From the IMG/VR virus record IMGVR_UViG_2529293084_000006: a stretch of DNA of 57,580 nt. One strand, 5' to 3'. Of this stretch, positions 1-10,156 are shown piece by piece. The notes below the pieces were generated by a model that ran no database searches, was not told the DNA's origin, and was given only the letters and a program-made list of their open reading frames with translations. Within the stretch, counting starts at the first letter, position 1, and each line of letters begins with the position of its first letter. Origin of the DNA: a virus (taxonomy: Duplodnaviria; Heunggongvirae; Uroviricota; Caudoviricetes). Position numbers and translations under genes: made by a program.

Positions 1-289
1 GGTTTTCGAGAGCCGTTTGCACAGTGCCATCCGATTTGATATCGCCAAACGGATTCTTGCGGCTTAACAGCAGCGCGCGAAGTGCGGTAAGTAACTGGTC
101 GTGCCGCCCCTTCTCCAGGCTGGCACCGGATGCCTCCACCACGCTGCAAAGTTCCTCCTGCAACATGTCAAAGTAGTCATCATCCAGATCGGTGGCAGGC
201 GTGCCGGTCTGGGGGTTACCACGGGTAAAACCGTTCTTACCCGCGCCGAACTTATCCTTCTGCGCGGTTTTCGTGTCTATACGATGCAT
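1..289 (-). CDS. Tail fibre protein, N-terminal part (gene continues beyond the left edge of the window)
   Basis: Reverse-strand translation from ATG at 287..289 reads [43 protein letters not shown]..., a conserved N-terminus I recognise from enterobacterial prophage tail fibres; starts 4 bp after the upstream gene stop. Not in the ORF track because it is truncated. Confidence 0.65.
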   Translation of the reverse strand, partial: MHRIDTKTAQKDKFGAGKNGFTRGNPQTGTPATDLDDDYFDMLQEELCSVVEASGASLEKGRHDQLLTALRALLLSRKNPFGDIKSDGTVQTALEN

Positions 290-292
290 GGA

Positions 293-877
293 TTACTCCG
301 GATATTTAAAAATTACGTAGGTTTGCGACGGGCAGAGTTTGTTAAGCACACACTCGACAACGGTGTCACCCCAGATACGCAGTGCGGAATCACAGGGATC
401 GCCACATGTCATCCAGGTGGAGTTGGTGGTGGCTGGCATGTTGACCTGCCAGTAATACCGCCATTCCGGCGCATTCACCGCGTCAGTACAGGCCGATGAG
501 CAGGTGAAAGTGCTTTTGTCGTATCGCGTGATGGTGGCATCTGGTCTGCCCAGGGCAGCAAGCTGTGCAAGATAAAAATCCTCGTTGATGCCGCCCGCCA
601 GGTTAACCTTCGCATCCAGCCGTTGCTGACGCTGGCGAAGGGTCTGCGTTCCCGCCGGAATACATTCATCCGGCAGACCGCACAGACGCTCCCAGCGGTT
701 TATCAGTTCAGTGGTGGTGCGAGGATCCAGCTCCCGCATCAGGGCATCCGCACGCTGATGAACACGGGTTAATGACGGTGCCGCACCGGCAATCGCCGGA
801 TCGCTGGCTGACCACGCCGGACCGGGCGGCAACAGTGCCGATAACAGGCGGATGTAATCATCGTTTGTCACGTCCAT
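293..877 (-). CDS. Tail protein, homologous to the Mu-like element's gp48-type protein (45393..45953)
   Basis: 194-aa ORF; shares LLPxGxAW and DWERxxGLPEC motifs with the 186-aa protein at 45393..45953; sits between baseplate J and tail fibre. Confidence 0.6.
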   Translation of the reverse strand: MDVTNDDYIRLLSALLPPGPAWSASDPAIAGAAPSLTRVHQRADALMRELDPRTTTELINRWERLCGLPDECIPAGTQTLRQRQQRLDAKVNLAGGINEDFYLAQLAALGRPDATITRYDKSTFTCSSACTDAVNAPEWRYYWQVNMPATTNSTWMTCGDPCDSALRIWGDTVVECVLNKLCPSQTYVIFKYPE

Positions 878-1926
878 GAAATCGTCCCCAGTACCGCCAG
901 TTCGTTTTTCGCAATGGAGATATTGTCCACCGGTGCAAGCAACTGATGGCTGTATTCCCCGTTCGCACCGGAAATCGCCTCACTGATACGCGATACCTTG
1001 AGTTCTCCCTGCGGATAACCATCACGCAGCAGGAACGAACGCAACTCCGCGGTAATGGCAGCCCGTATTTCCGGTGTGTCCGGCGTCACGCGGATATGAA
1101 AATCCACTTTATGCGCCACCGGCCTGAATACATACAAATCAGAGCCTGCCACCGGGGCCAGTGGCTCAATGTGTTGTCTTGCCGCCGTTTCCGTTGATTC
1201 TTCCGGAATGGGATTAATCAGGTCACTGCTGGCAATCATCACACCGACAGTTCCCGTTCCCATCCAGTGACGGTATGTCCATGCGCGGGTAATGCCGGGC
1301 ACTTCTTTAGCCCAGACAACATAGTCCCCGTCAGCCCCGCCCTGAGGCGTCCAGTAATACCGCTCAATGACGCGGGCGCGCCACGTTTCCAGATCTTCAG
1401 TATCGAATCCGCCAGTCAGGGTATCTGCAACACCGGAAGACGGCAGACCATTCACCGGCGTGACCAGGATTAATGCCGTACCGTCGTCAGCGTTACCGAC
1501 CGCGCCTGCACTTGAGCAGGCGATCGGCACGCGCAGGACACCACCGGAGCTGGTTGCATCAGCAGTTGCCGTGTACTGAACCAGGTCATCGCGCTGAATC
1601 ACGCTCCCGGCGGTCACCTTCAGGCCATCGCTGACACCTTCCCAGCGCATATACCCGCTGGCAGCCGTGGCCCCCTTGCGCGGACACCGTTTCATCGCAG
1701 CATGTCGCGCCAGCCAGGACTCATCGCACAGGTCAGGCAGCATGTTCATTGCCAGATAATCGATGTAACCGTAAACCGTATGCAGCGCCGCCGCATACAC
1801 CTTTGCCCGCACGTCTTCATCCATGCGCCGGAGCGTGTCGCTGACGTCCAGCCTGGCGAATAAATCGTTACGGAGCATACTGATATTTTCTGCCAGCGTC
1901 GGGCGCTGAAATTCACTGTCCGCCAT
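868..1926 (-). CDS. Baseplate J-like protein (Mu gp47-like)
   Basis: 352-aa ORF; position and size match the baseplate J gene at 44317..45402; shared motifs (PGVTRAW, VxFxIRxxPxTPE). Confidence 0.65.
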   Translation of the reverse strand: MADSEFQRPTLAENISMLRNDLFARLDVSDTLRRMDEDVRAKVYAAALHTVYGYIDYLAMNMLPDLCDESWLARHAAMKRCPRKGATAASGYMRWEGVSDGLKVTAGSVIQRDDLVQYTATADATSSGGVLRVPIACSSAGAVGNADDGTALILVTPVNGLPSSGVADTLTGGFDTEDLETWRARVIERYYWTPQGGADGDYVVWAKEVPGITRAWTYRHWMGTGTVGVMIASSDLINPIPEESTETAARQHIEPLAPVAGSDLYVFRPVAHKVDFHIRVTPDTPEIRAAITAELRSFLLRDGYPQGELKVSRISEAISGANGEYSHQLLAPVDNISIAKNELAVLGTISWT

Positions 1927-2341
1927 GCGTTATCGCACTCCACAGATCATCAAAAGAAATCATTACCGGTCCGTCACGACGCCAGAGGGTGATACTGTTA
2001 CCCAGCTCATTAATCCCGGTGCGGCGGATATCCAGATCAATACGGGACACCACGCCGTCATCAATCATCCATTGCAGGCATTCGCGGATATACCCCCTTA
2101 CTGTCTGCACCAGCTGATTGGTCAGTTTGCTGCGCTGAAGCAGCCACAGTCGTGAGCCGTAACGGTCATTCTGTACCGCAGGCCAGGTATCCCCCCACCA
2201 TCCCATCGGGACGTCGGCGTTGTCATCAGGCTCCGCCCGCCGCCAGGTAAACAGGGAAATCACCACGGCGCGGGTCAGCGGATCCAGCGGTGCGCTGGCG
2301 CAGGTGCGTTTACCGTTCACCGTCAGCCACAGTTCCATCAT
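1913..2341 (-). CDS. Baseplate protein, Mu gp46-like
   Basis: 142-aa ORF homologous to 43883..44320 (WWGD, SRLWLL motifs); conserved position in the baseplate cluster. Confidence 0.6.
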   Translation of the reverse strand: MMELWLTVNGKRTCASAPLDPLTRAVVISLFTWRRAEPDDNADVPMGWWGDTWPAVQNDRYGSRLWLLQRSKLTNQLVQTVRGYIRECLQWMIDDGVVSRIDLDIRRTGINELGNSITLWRRDGPVMISFDDLWSAITHGGQ

Positions 2342-2886
2342 GCCTCCATCGCTTTATCCGGTTTGTCGGTGTTACTGCCCTGACCGTTCTCTCTGTGACG
2401 ATGCCCGTTATAGGCAAGCCGCATCGCTGACATGGTAGTGCCGCTGGAGTCGCACAGGTCTTTCACCTGTCCTGTCACTTCCAGGTCCATTTCAAAACGT
2501 GCTTTAGGTGAATTGCGAAACGTGATCGTTTTACCTGCACCGTCCACCACGATCCCCTCCCGGGTCAGCGTCACAGACTGCCCCTGATCGTCATAGACAG
2601 CCACCTCACCCGTCTGCAACCCTTTCAGGCGGTAGCGCCGGTCCGACACCGTAACAACCACCGCATGAGAACGGTCGCCATCCGGAAACAACACCACCGC
2701 TTCCGCGCCGCTGTTTGCCCTTGCGGTAAAACCGTAGGGTTCAAGATGTTCAACCCCGGCTTTGGGTTCACCGGCAATCAGGGACACATCCACGGTCTGA
2801 CATTTCGTGGCGGCACTGATGCTTTTCACCACTGCCCGCGCAATCAGGCCGAGAAGTTGTCGCTGCATGGCTTCAATCGTCCTCAT
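2338..2886 (-). CDS. Baseplate assembly protein V-like (Mu gp45-like)
   Basis: 182-aa ORF; position matches 43276..43890; overlapping start/stop typical of a baseplate operon. Confidence 0.6.
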   Translation of the reverse strand: MRTIEAMQRQLLGLIARAVVKSISAATKCQTVDVSLIAGEPKAGVEHLEPYGFTARANSGAEAVVLFPDGDRSHAVVVTVSDRRYRLKGLQTGEVAVYDDQGQSVTLTREGIVVDGAGKTITFRNSPKARFEMDLEVTGQVKDLCDSSGTTMSAMRLAYNGHRHRENGQGSNTDKPDKAMEA

Positions 2887-3949
2887 CAGAACGGGTCCTC
2901 CTGTACTCTGGCTTTTTTCTTTTTCCGCGCGCCGGGGGCTTCGGGTTCAGGCAGATAAGCATCAGGCGGGCCGACACGGATTTCCGTCAGGGTGCCGTTC
3001 TGGTCCTGAGTAAACGTGACTTCCGAGACAAGCAGTTCGGTATTGTCGAAACCACAGACTGGATCGAAGACAATCACCCGCTGGTTGGGCTGCCACAGCG
3101 TACCGTTACCCTGTCGCCAGCCCTGCACCACATAGGTGGTTTCATCCGTCCGCGCCGCCCGTTGTCGGGCTTCAAAGTCAGCACGCGCAATACAGCCTGC
3201 CCCCGTGGCCTGCCCTGTCTGCCTGATATACATCGGACGGTAACGGGCAATAAATGCGTCCTCTGTGCGGGCCCGCAGCGCGGTGGTGGTGACCTCACCG
3301 AAATCATCGTCGTTTCCGGCACGCTGCCCCGCCACCTGGTAAACAGAAAACCGCTCCCGGATACTCTTCTCCGTATCACAGGAAAGGATGTTTTCCCCAA
3401 GTACCAGCGCGGTATGTGCCCGCGTTGAGCCAATACCGCCAATCACCAGCCTGCCGTGCGGATCGTCGTAAGCCAGCGCCTGCTGCTGACCGAGTATTTT
3501 GTTGATAACCTCAATCACCGTTTCACCGTGATCAGGCTGAACATCAGGAATAACACCCGACGGCGCACCGCTGTTCACCACCTCAATGCCGAAAGGCGCA
3601 GCAAGCGCCTGCGCAATCTGCACCAGCGAGCGTCCGTTAAACTGTGTCGGTTCGGCTGCACAGTCAATCAGGTCAGCCGTCAGACTACGTCCGGCAATAC
3701 CGGTGCTGACCGAACGGGAGTCGCCTCCACCCAGCCGGTGATCACCAGCTCATCACCAATCAGCACTTCCACTTTTGAACCGTTTTTAATGCGCGGCTGA
3801 AGCGTGGTGATACCCTCATCTCCCGGCCACTGGCGAGTGATCTCCACACTGAAATCCCGCGCCAGCCGTTCAATACCGGCACCGATGCGCACCGATGTCC
3901 AGCCATTCCACTCCCGGCCATTTACCCGTAGCGTGACATTGTCGTTCAT
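2886..3949 (-). pseudogene. Baseplate hub gene (Mu P/gp44-like) disrupted by a 1-bp frameshift near 3727
   Basis: Two ORFs (3680..3949, 89 aa; 2886..3623, 245 aa) together align to the intact 374-aa P-like protein at 42162..43286. Homology continues in a shifted frame right after ...VITGWV (GGDSRSVSTGIAGRSLTADLIDCAAEP...), consistent with loss of one G in a G-run. Confidence 0.55.
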
Positions 3950-5316
3950 TGCACTGGCACCTTCAGAGGGATCACCGGCACAAAGCCGGGATGCGTAATG
4001 GCATTACGCCGGATAATGTCCGCGTCACGCGCCGCGTTATCAAACCAGGTCGCCGCCAGCACCAGCGCGGGTAAAACCTCATCCGGCGTGCGCTGAATGA
4101 TCCGTGCAGACTGTTCAAGGCGCGTGTTGATATCCGCATTCAGATCTGCTTTCACCCGGCGCAGCGCCAGAAACAGCGCATCACTGGTTGTACGGGACAA
4201 CTCCTTATCAATTGCCGTATTCAGTGTGTCGCGAATGTCGGTCAGTTCTTCCCACGTTGGCAGGTCAACCGTGTTTTTCACCGCCGGTGCATTGTTCAGT
4301 GCCGGATGCGTGACAGAAGGCCAGCCGGTGCTCTGCGCGGGTGTTGTTGACTGCCCTACTGTGGCATTCTGCATCACCGCGGAAGTTGTGGGCGCAGGCA
4401 ATCGTGTGACGGCATACGCCGCTTCGCTGATTGCGGTCGTACGAAGGGTGCTGGCAACCACGTTACGCTGCTGCGTCGCCGTGGCGGTAGTTTTACTGTC
4501 CGTTTTCCAGACGCCGCGCGGTTGCAGATCGCTGCCGAGGCTGACACCGGAAAGCGTTTTGATCATGGTGACCAGGTCGCTGGCGTTACCATAAAGGCGT
4601 TTCCCGGTACGCCACATTTTCTGCACCTGCTCAACGAAATTTTTGCCTGACGATGGTGGCGGCAGAAGTACCGAGATATCCCCCTGCAACAGCCTGGCGG
4701 CATCCGATACGGCAGAATCCACCACTTTCATCGCATCAGAAACATACCCAAGCATTGTGCTGGCATTACCGACGACGTCGTTCTGCACAAAATCTGCCAC
4801 GCCATCGATACTGAAACCACTGAAGCTGTCACTGATGCAGTCATCCAGTGCAGAACAGGATGACATCAGCGTCTGCGCCGTCGCCGCACCTGAAGTGGGG
4901 TAAGAGAGTTCTCCCGCTTCGACAAACTTCAGGTCAAAGCGGACAATACGCCCTTCACTCTTCGATGTGCTGACCCGAACTTCCCCGTCAACACAGACTT
5001 TCAGCTCACCGTAAGTCGGATGGACAAGCGTGCCGGGACCGGGTTTATTCAGCGCGTCAATCAGGCGATCGCGCTGGTCAAAGCAGTCATCTCCCACCAC
5101 ATAAGCTGTGATGGACGGGCGGAAAGTGATTTTCCCCAGGTCTTCGGTATAGGGTTTGTCGCGGTTCGGGTATTCGTGCGTTTCCACACGACGACCGGTT
5201 CCCGCACTTTCTTCTTCAACCTTAAACGGCACACCGCGAAATGACGCGTCCTGAAGTCTGTCTTTCCACGTCATATAAACTCCGTACATAAAAAATCCCA
5301 CCGGAGTGGGACTCAT
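3946..5316 (-). CDS. DNA circularisation protein (Mu N-like)
   Basis: 456-aa ORF, same length as the N-like ORF at 40808..42178; shared motifs (FRGVPF, LxHPxYGxL); lies between tape measure and baseplate hub. Confidence 0.7.
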   Translation of the reverse strand: MSPTPVGFFMYGVYMTWKDRLQDASFRGVPFKVEEESAGTGRRVETHEYPNRDKPYTEDLGKITFRPSITAYVVGDDCFDQRDRLIDALNKPGPGTLVHPTYGELKVCVDGEVRVSTSKSEGRIVRFDLKFVEAGELSYPTSGAATAQTLMSSCSALDDCISDSFSGFSIDGVADFVQNDVVGNASTMLGYVSDAMKVVDSAVSDAARLLQGDISVLLPPPSSGKNFVEQVQKMWRTGKRLYGNASDLVTMIKTLSGVSLGSDLQPRGVWKTDSKTTATATQQRNVVASTLRTTAISEAAYAVTRLPAPTTSAVMQNATVGQSTTPAQSTGWPSVTHPALNNAPAVKNTVDLPTWEELTDIRDTLNTAIDKELSRTTSDALFLALRRVKADLNADINTRLEQSARIIQRTPDEVLPALVLAATWFDNAARDADIIRRNAITHPGFVPVIPLKVPVQ

Positions 5317-5334
5317 TAACAGATTAATTTTTCA

Positions 5335-7170
5335 TTACCTGCCAAAGCGCGTATAGCCAACATCATGGCTGACATCAAAACCGCTGGATCGCGTTTCCAT
5401 AACCCGCATACCCGGAGGCGAATTCACAAAAGAGACCTTGATCTCACCATCAACTTTTGGCGCAGAAGCTTTGTTAATCATGAAGGGATTCGGGCCTGTG
5501 GCACCGGAGGCGTTGTTTGACTGAGCCGGATCTACCGCCTGATAAGGTGTGTATCCCCGTGCCGGTATTCCCGTCCCATAAGCATCATAAGCACCCGCGC
5601 CCCACTGCGCAGAGTTAATGGCATCGACCGTGTCACCGGAACTGTCGGTAAACCACTCAATAATTGGCTTCAGTTTGTCCCACATATCCTGAAACCACTT
5701 AACAACCGGTCCCCAGTTATTGATTACCATCCCCAGCGGCGACCAGGCAAAAACCTTCTTCAGAAGTTCCCAGCCAGCCTCAAAATAAGGACCAATGGTT
5801 TCCCAGAGCTTCTTGAAATAAGGTCCGACAACATCCCAGTTAGTGATAATTAATCCCGCAGCCAGGGCTATCGCCGTCGCAATCATTCCAATCGGCGTCA
5901 TCGACATGATCCTGCTGACAATACTGATGGCACCGCCAACGCCCATCAATCCCAGTTTCAGAATCGCAAGACCGGCAGCAAGCCCGACGACGCCGCGAAT
6001 AACCCGGGGATTTTCATCCGCAAACTTCGTGAATTTTTCCCCTAACTCCCCCAGCCATTGCGTGATATTTTTGGCGTCACCAGAAAATGCGCCGCCAATA
6101 GCCGCAAGGCCGTTAGTTGCGGTCCCCGTCATTGCCTCCCACAGGTTGGACAGCGTACCAAGCTGGGCCTGAACACGTTTATTCAGGCTGGCCTGTTTAT
6201 TCATCTTCTGCTGGATCTGATCGTAGCCATCCTTTCCTTTATCGATTAGTGCATTGACCACCTGAAGGGTTTCGGCATCATCACCAAATATTGCCTTAAG
6301 TACACCTGTTCGCTTAACGTCGGTCAGTTTTCGCAGCTTTGCCAGTTGCCTGAACATGTTATCAAGACCGCCAAAACTTCCTTTGCCGTCAGTAAAATCG
6401 AGCTGTACCCCGAGTTTCTGGCGGGCCATGATTTTATTGACGTCCCTGATTTTCTTAACGCTTAATCCGGACTGGATAACTTTTCGCAGGGCGTTACCTG
6501 CCGACTCCCCGTTCATCCCCATCTGATCCATCATGACGCTGATGGGGGCAAGGCTCTGTGCAGCCTGAAGACCGTCCTTGTTCACCATCTTCAGAACAGA
6601 GCTGGTTTTAGTGAAGAAGGACAACATGTTGGTATCGTCAACACCCAGATAAAACGCCTTCTGGATAGTGTCGAACAGCCCCATCATGTCTTCTGACGCC
6701 GTTCCGGTAGCATCCTGCATCTTTGCAGCAAACTCAGCAGCCGCTTCCGGTGTTTTTTTCAGTTGTACCGCAAGATAAGCTGTCGCTTTACCCACACCGC
6801 CAAGAATGTTTTCTGCCGGGATCCCCTGACGCACCAGCATCTGCATCATGTTCTGGAAATCAGCCGTTGTACCGGGTAGCTGGTTACCCAGGCCAATAGC
6901 CAGTTTATTGATGTCCTGAAAGCTCTTTCCAACCTCGCCGTTCGCATCCATCATGGCGACTTTCAGCCCGGTGGCGGCGTTTTCCTGATCGGCATAAGAT
7001 TTCAGGGAAAGCGTCAGACCCGCTGCCAGTCCGCCACCAAGCGCCAGCCCACCCTGTGACGCTTCTTCCGCCTGGCGTTTAAATCCCCGGATTTTCTTTT
7101 GCATTTTCGACAGCGCGGGAGAAAGCCTGTCGACACCGGTGATCAACGCCTTAAGCTCAAATTCCGCCAT
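5335..7170 (-). CDS. Tail tape measure protein
   Basis: 611-aa protein with Ala/Gly-rich low-complexity stretches and a C-terminal hydrophobic segment; located downstream of the tail chaperone pair. Confidence 0.75.
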   Translation of the reverse strand: MAEFELKALITGVDRLSPALSKMQKKIRGFKRQAEEASQGGLALGGGLAAGLTLSLKSYADQENAATGLKVAMMDANGEVGKSFQDINKLAIGLGNQLPGTTADFQNMMQMLVRQGIPAENILGGVGKATAYLAVQLKKTPEAAAEFAAKMQDATGTASEDMMGLFDTIQKAFYLGVDDTNMLSFFTKTSSVLKMVNKDGLQAAQSLAPISVMMDQMGMNGESAGNALRKVIQSGLSVKKIRDVNKIMARQKLGVQLDFTDGKGSFGGLDNMFRQLAKLRKLTDVKRTGVLKAIFGDDAETLQVVNALIDKGKDGYDQIQQKMNKQASLNKRVQAQLGTLSNLWEAMTGTATNGLAAIGGAFSGDAKNITQWLGELGEKFTKFADENPRVIRGVVGLAAGLAILKLGLMGVGGAISIVSRIMSMTPIGMIATAIALAAGLIITNWDVVGPYFKKLWETIGPYFEAGWELLKKVFAWSPLGMVINNWGPVVKWFQDMWDKLKPIIEWFTDSSGDTVDAINSAQWGAGAYDAYGTGIPARGYTPYQAVDPAQSNNASGATGPNPFMINKASAPKVDGEIKVSFVNSPPGMRVMETRSSGFDVSHDVGYTRFGR

Positions 7171-7345
7171 GTGTGCGTTTCTCCTGCTCTATCCTGTTTG
7201 CCTGACTGACCAGCAAGGGAATTTCACTGATCGGCATATTCAGCAATTCGAAAGGATTAATGCGCCAGTAGCTGGCGCAGTCAAAGAAGCGATCAGTGAG
7301 GTATTCAGCCGTCAGGCCTGGAGGAAAAAACCAGCCACAAGCCAC
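7157..7345 (-). CDS. Tail assembly chaperone -1 frameshift extension
   Basis: 62-aa ORF in the -1 frame relative to 7312..7581, overlapping its 3' end; the classical G/GT arrangement. Confidence 0.5.
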   Translation of the reverse strand: MACGWFFPPGLTAEYLTDRFFDCASYWRINPFELLNMPISEIPLLVSQANRIEQEKRTHGGI

Positions 7346-7581
7346 GCCGCTGCATTCAGGTCTGCCGGAGACATCTGGTCGACAGAGCTTTGCGGCACTT
7401 TCGCCAGCCGCACAATGTATTTCGACACCACATGCGCCAGAAGTCTGACTGACTCATCCTGATTCATCTGGTAGGGATACCCCAGCTCGCGGACATCCTT
7501 CCCGGTGGGTTCATCAAACTCCAGTACGGAGAGTGTCTCGCCATGAGCAGTAATCGGTTTCTTTAACTCAAGCTCTTTCAT
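7312..7581 (-). CDS. Tail assembly chaperone (short form)
   Basis: 89-aa ORF between tail tube and tape measure; ends ...AAWLVAGFFLQA with a slippery heptamer in the overlap with the next ORF. Confidence 0.6.
   Translation of the reverse strand: MKELELKKPITAHGETLSVLEFDEPTGKDVRELGYPYQMNQDESVRLLAHVVSKYIVRLAKVPQSSVDQMSPADLNAAAWLVAGFFLQA
7324..7330 (-). other. Candidate -1 programmed frameshift slippery heptamer T_TTT_TTC
   Basis: Zero-frame codons GGT TTT TTC (..AGFF..) in the overlap; -1 slip gives ..FFPPGLTAEY.., the frame of the 62-aa ORF. Confidence 0.5.
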
Positions 7582-7937
7582 TACTGGTAATCCCCTTCTT
7601 CACCGTGGAACTCAAGATCAACCGTGCCTTCTTCGGCATTATGGTTCGCTTCGCCGTGCAGCCAGGCAGACGACAGTACATAGACCTGACCGTTCGCCAG
7701 CTCGGCAGTGATGGTCATCTCATCAGACGAGGTGATTTTGCTTACCGGAAAATTCTTCGGCACCTTGAAGGTCCCTTTGACATAAGGCGCACGGTGAGTT
7801 TCCTTGCGGTCCACTGAACCGTCCAGGCCGATGATGTCATCGTTAACCGTTTTGTTCATGGGCACCTCAATGCCGCCGGTCAGCGATAGCTGCTGACCGT
7901 CAATTTTGAAATAACAGGTTCCCCCGATACGGGCCAT
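7581..7937 (-). CDS. Tail tube protein
   Basis: 118-aa ORF immediately downstream of the sheath gene; size and position match the tube gene at 37784..38149. Confidence 0.7.
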   Translation of the reverse strand: MARIGGTCYFKIDGQQLSLTGGIEVPMNKTVNDDIIGLDGSVDRKETHRAPYVKGTFKVPKNFPVSKITSSDEMTITAELANGQVYVLSSAWLHGEANHNAEEGTVDLEFHGEEGDYQ

Positions 7938-9433
7938 TATGCAGACTCCTCTGAATACTGAAGACGGAACTGATTAACCACGGCAAAGACACGCAGCTGG
8001 TTAACATAGTCAGGCGGGAACAGCGTGTTCAGGCGGTTCGGATCGCTGGCATCACGCTCCACAACCAGGTACTGCTTAAACAGTTCGTAGTTTTCCACGA
8101 TCCCCGCACGCTCAAGCTGACGGTAGGTTGCCAGCAGTTCCCCTTTGATCACCGCCGGGGTGACAATCGCCTGACCGGGACCAAAGCGGGTACCGTCACT
8201 GGCAAGCTTGTGACGCCCGTACTTACTGGTAATGACGGATTTCAGTTTGCGCAGTACATACGCGCTGGTATGCAGCGTCTCACTGTCGAGGTAACTGTTA
8301 TCCGCAACCCCGTAAGCGTTTTTCCTGTACGTGGTGACATCACGCTGAATGCGTAGTACCCCGCTTTCGACATACGCCGTTGCCACGCCATGAGACAGCA
8401 GGGTCTGTTGTTCGGTCATCGTGAACCGTTTCCCCTTCGGCGCAGGCAGCATACCCACCAGCTCACCGGTCTGCGTGGGACGTGCCGGATCGTTGCGGAT
8501 AAACACCGCTGCGCGGGCGGTACGGCTTGCCGCCAGCTCGTCGGCAGGCGTCTGGGTCTCTTTTTCGTACCCCGCCAGGGTAATGTGCTGCTGGTTAAAC
8601 TGGTCACCTGCGGTCACCAGTTCTGACAGCGTGCCGATCTTTGCCGTATACACATGACCATACAGCTGACGCGCATAGCTCCAGCGACCGCTGGTATCGT
8701 TCATCTCGGTCACCAGCGTGTTAACGGAGGCCGTGTCGTTGAACGGCAGGCCGATATAATCAAACGGCTCATCCGCCATTGCAGCCACCGCGCCGGTGAG
8801 AACCGGAGCACCCGTTCCGGCGGTACCCGTCGCCACGGCAATCTGTACGCCCGCTGGCAGCACTTCGCCCCCACCAAAGCCGTAGTAATTGAGGCTGACA
8901 GGAATTTCATTCCCACAAAGCCCCTTATGACGCGCGGTCAGTGTGACCACGCCTGCCAAAGATGAAGCCGTAAACGGCAGGGTCGGAACGGCATTGATGG
9001 CATCCTGGATACTGCTGGCAATCATCGTGACGTTATCGCCGTTAGTCACCGGTGCCTGCACGCGGGTACGTCCTACATACACATTCACCGTGCCGGTTTC
9101 GGTTGCCGCCCCGGTCACCGTCAGCGTAACTGTTGCCGCCGCACCTGTGGATTCAGGAACGGCAATCACATACAGCTCGCCAAACGGGTCAGTCTGGCGA
9201 TAAGCCTCGACCATACGCGCCAGCTGACTTCCCGCACCACAAATCTGGCGTGCATAGTCTGCCGACGACATCAGTACCAGACTGTTGGCAACAATCTCTG
9301 CACCGTTATTGGCATGACCAATCAGCAGCGATGCTCCGCTGTCCTGTGCAGTATTCGCCGCCTGGTTATCCATTTCCGCATAAAACAACGGAACCAGCGT
9401 ATTCGACGGAATGGTGTTAAAGCTTATCGTCAT
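7937..9433 (-). CDS. Contractile tail sheath protein
   Basis: 498-aa ORF; C-terminus (..LVVERDASDPNRLNTLFPPDYVNQLRVFAVV..) aligns with the Mu-like sheath at 36276..37775 (..[31 protein letters not shown]..). Confidence 0.8.
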   Translation of the reverse strand: MTISFNTIPSNTLVPLFYAEMDNQAANTAQDSGASLLIGHANNGAEIVANSLVLMSSADYARQICGAGSQLARMVEAYRQTDPFGELYVIAVPESTGAAATVTLTVTGAATETGTVNVYVGRTRVQAPVTNGDNVTMIASSIQDAINAVPTLPFTASSLAGVVTLTARHKGLCGNEIPVSLNYYGFGGGEVLPAGVQIAVATGTAGTGAPVLTGAVAAMADEPFDYIGLPFNDTASVNTLVTEMNDTSGRWSYARQLYGHVYTAKIGTLSELVTAGDQFNQQHITLAGYEKETQTPADELAASRTARAAVFIRNDPARPTQTGELVGMLPAPKGKRFTMTEQQTLLSHGVATAYVESGVLRIQRDVTTYRKNAYGVADNSYLDSETLHTSAYVLRKLKSVITSKYGRHKLASDGTRFGPGQAIVTPAVIKGELLATYRQLERAGIVENYELFKQYLVVERDASDPNRLNTLFPPDYVNQLRVFAVVNQFRLQYSEESA

Positions 9434-9587
9434 CGGTGTTCACCTTTTTATTCACGCGCCGGATATCACCCGCTGCTTCACGGCGCAGCCAGTAGTTGTT
9501 CTCGTCAACATTTCGCCCTTCGGCGGGCAAAAGGTCGCCGCGGGCAGGGTCAGGCACTGACCGCCCTTTAACAGGTTTGACAAACAT
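9417..9587 (-). CDS. Small conserved phage protein, homologous to the 81-aa gp38-like ORF at 36034..36279
   Basis: 56-aa ORF below the track cutoff (MFVKPVKGRSVPDPARGDLLPAEG...); resembles MKTIFIKPAPGRLIRDPDTMRPLAQEG at 36034; RBS GAGGA upstream; coordinates approximate. Confidence 0.4.
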   Translation of the reverse strand: MFVKPVKGRSVPDPARGDLLPAEGRNVDENNYWLRREAAGDIRRVNKKVNTDDDKL

Positions 9588-9595
9588 GAGGATCC

Positions 9596-10156
9596 TCAGG
9601 AAGGAAGGGTTATTTCGGTGTGATGTTCGATATCGCCGTCAGGCCCGTTACCGGGCTCGAGATAATCAACATCAATCGCCAGCGTTTGCAGTTCATCCAG
9701 ACTGTTCAGATCATCCTGCTGGCGGGTATCGTCTTCAGTCAGCTCGCTGATGACCGAAAAATCGAACTGATAAATCAGCTCATGACGATTCAGATCCAGC
9801 AGCGTGCCGCCGTCATAGGTAATCGGGTTACCGCACGCTTCCGGGTTCCAGCCCAGCAAGGCCTTAAAGAGCATCTGCCGGACATCGTCCACCACATCAT
9901 ACGAAGCAAACTGACCGAGCTCATCACGCCCGTTACTCAGTATGACAACCACGGAGAAGCCCTCTTTCAGCTCCTGCCAGTAGTCGGTCTGGCTTTTGTT
10001 TTCTCCCGGAGAGTCATCACCCGGTACCACATACGCCGCCGGGAGTCTCAGCTTTCCGACCTCCGGCAGATTTTTGAACTGTGCCGCGCCTGCCACCCGG
10101 TTTTCAAAATACGGGCAGCGGGCACGCAGCGCAGCAATAACAGGCGTCAGTTTCAT
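9596..10156 (-). CDS. Conserved phage protein upstream of the sheath gene (Mu gp37-like position)
   Basis: 186-aa ORF in the same position as 35473..36033 in the Mu-like element. Confidence 0.4.
   Translation of the reverse strand: MKLTPVIAALRARCPYFENRVAGAAQFKNLPEVGKLRLPAAYVVPGDDSPGENKSQTDYWQELKEGFSVVVILSNGRDELGQFASYDVVDDVRQMLFKALLGWNPEACGNPITYDGGTLLDLNRHELIYQFDFSVISELTEDDTRQQDDLNSLDELQTLAIDVDYLEPGNGPDGDIEHHTEITLPS

Noticed and set aside
101-499. 132-aa + strand ORF at the left edge
   Set aside because: It lies antisense to two conserved tail genes (tail fibre N-terminus and the gp48-like gene) and has no RBS or recognisable features.
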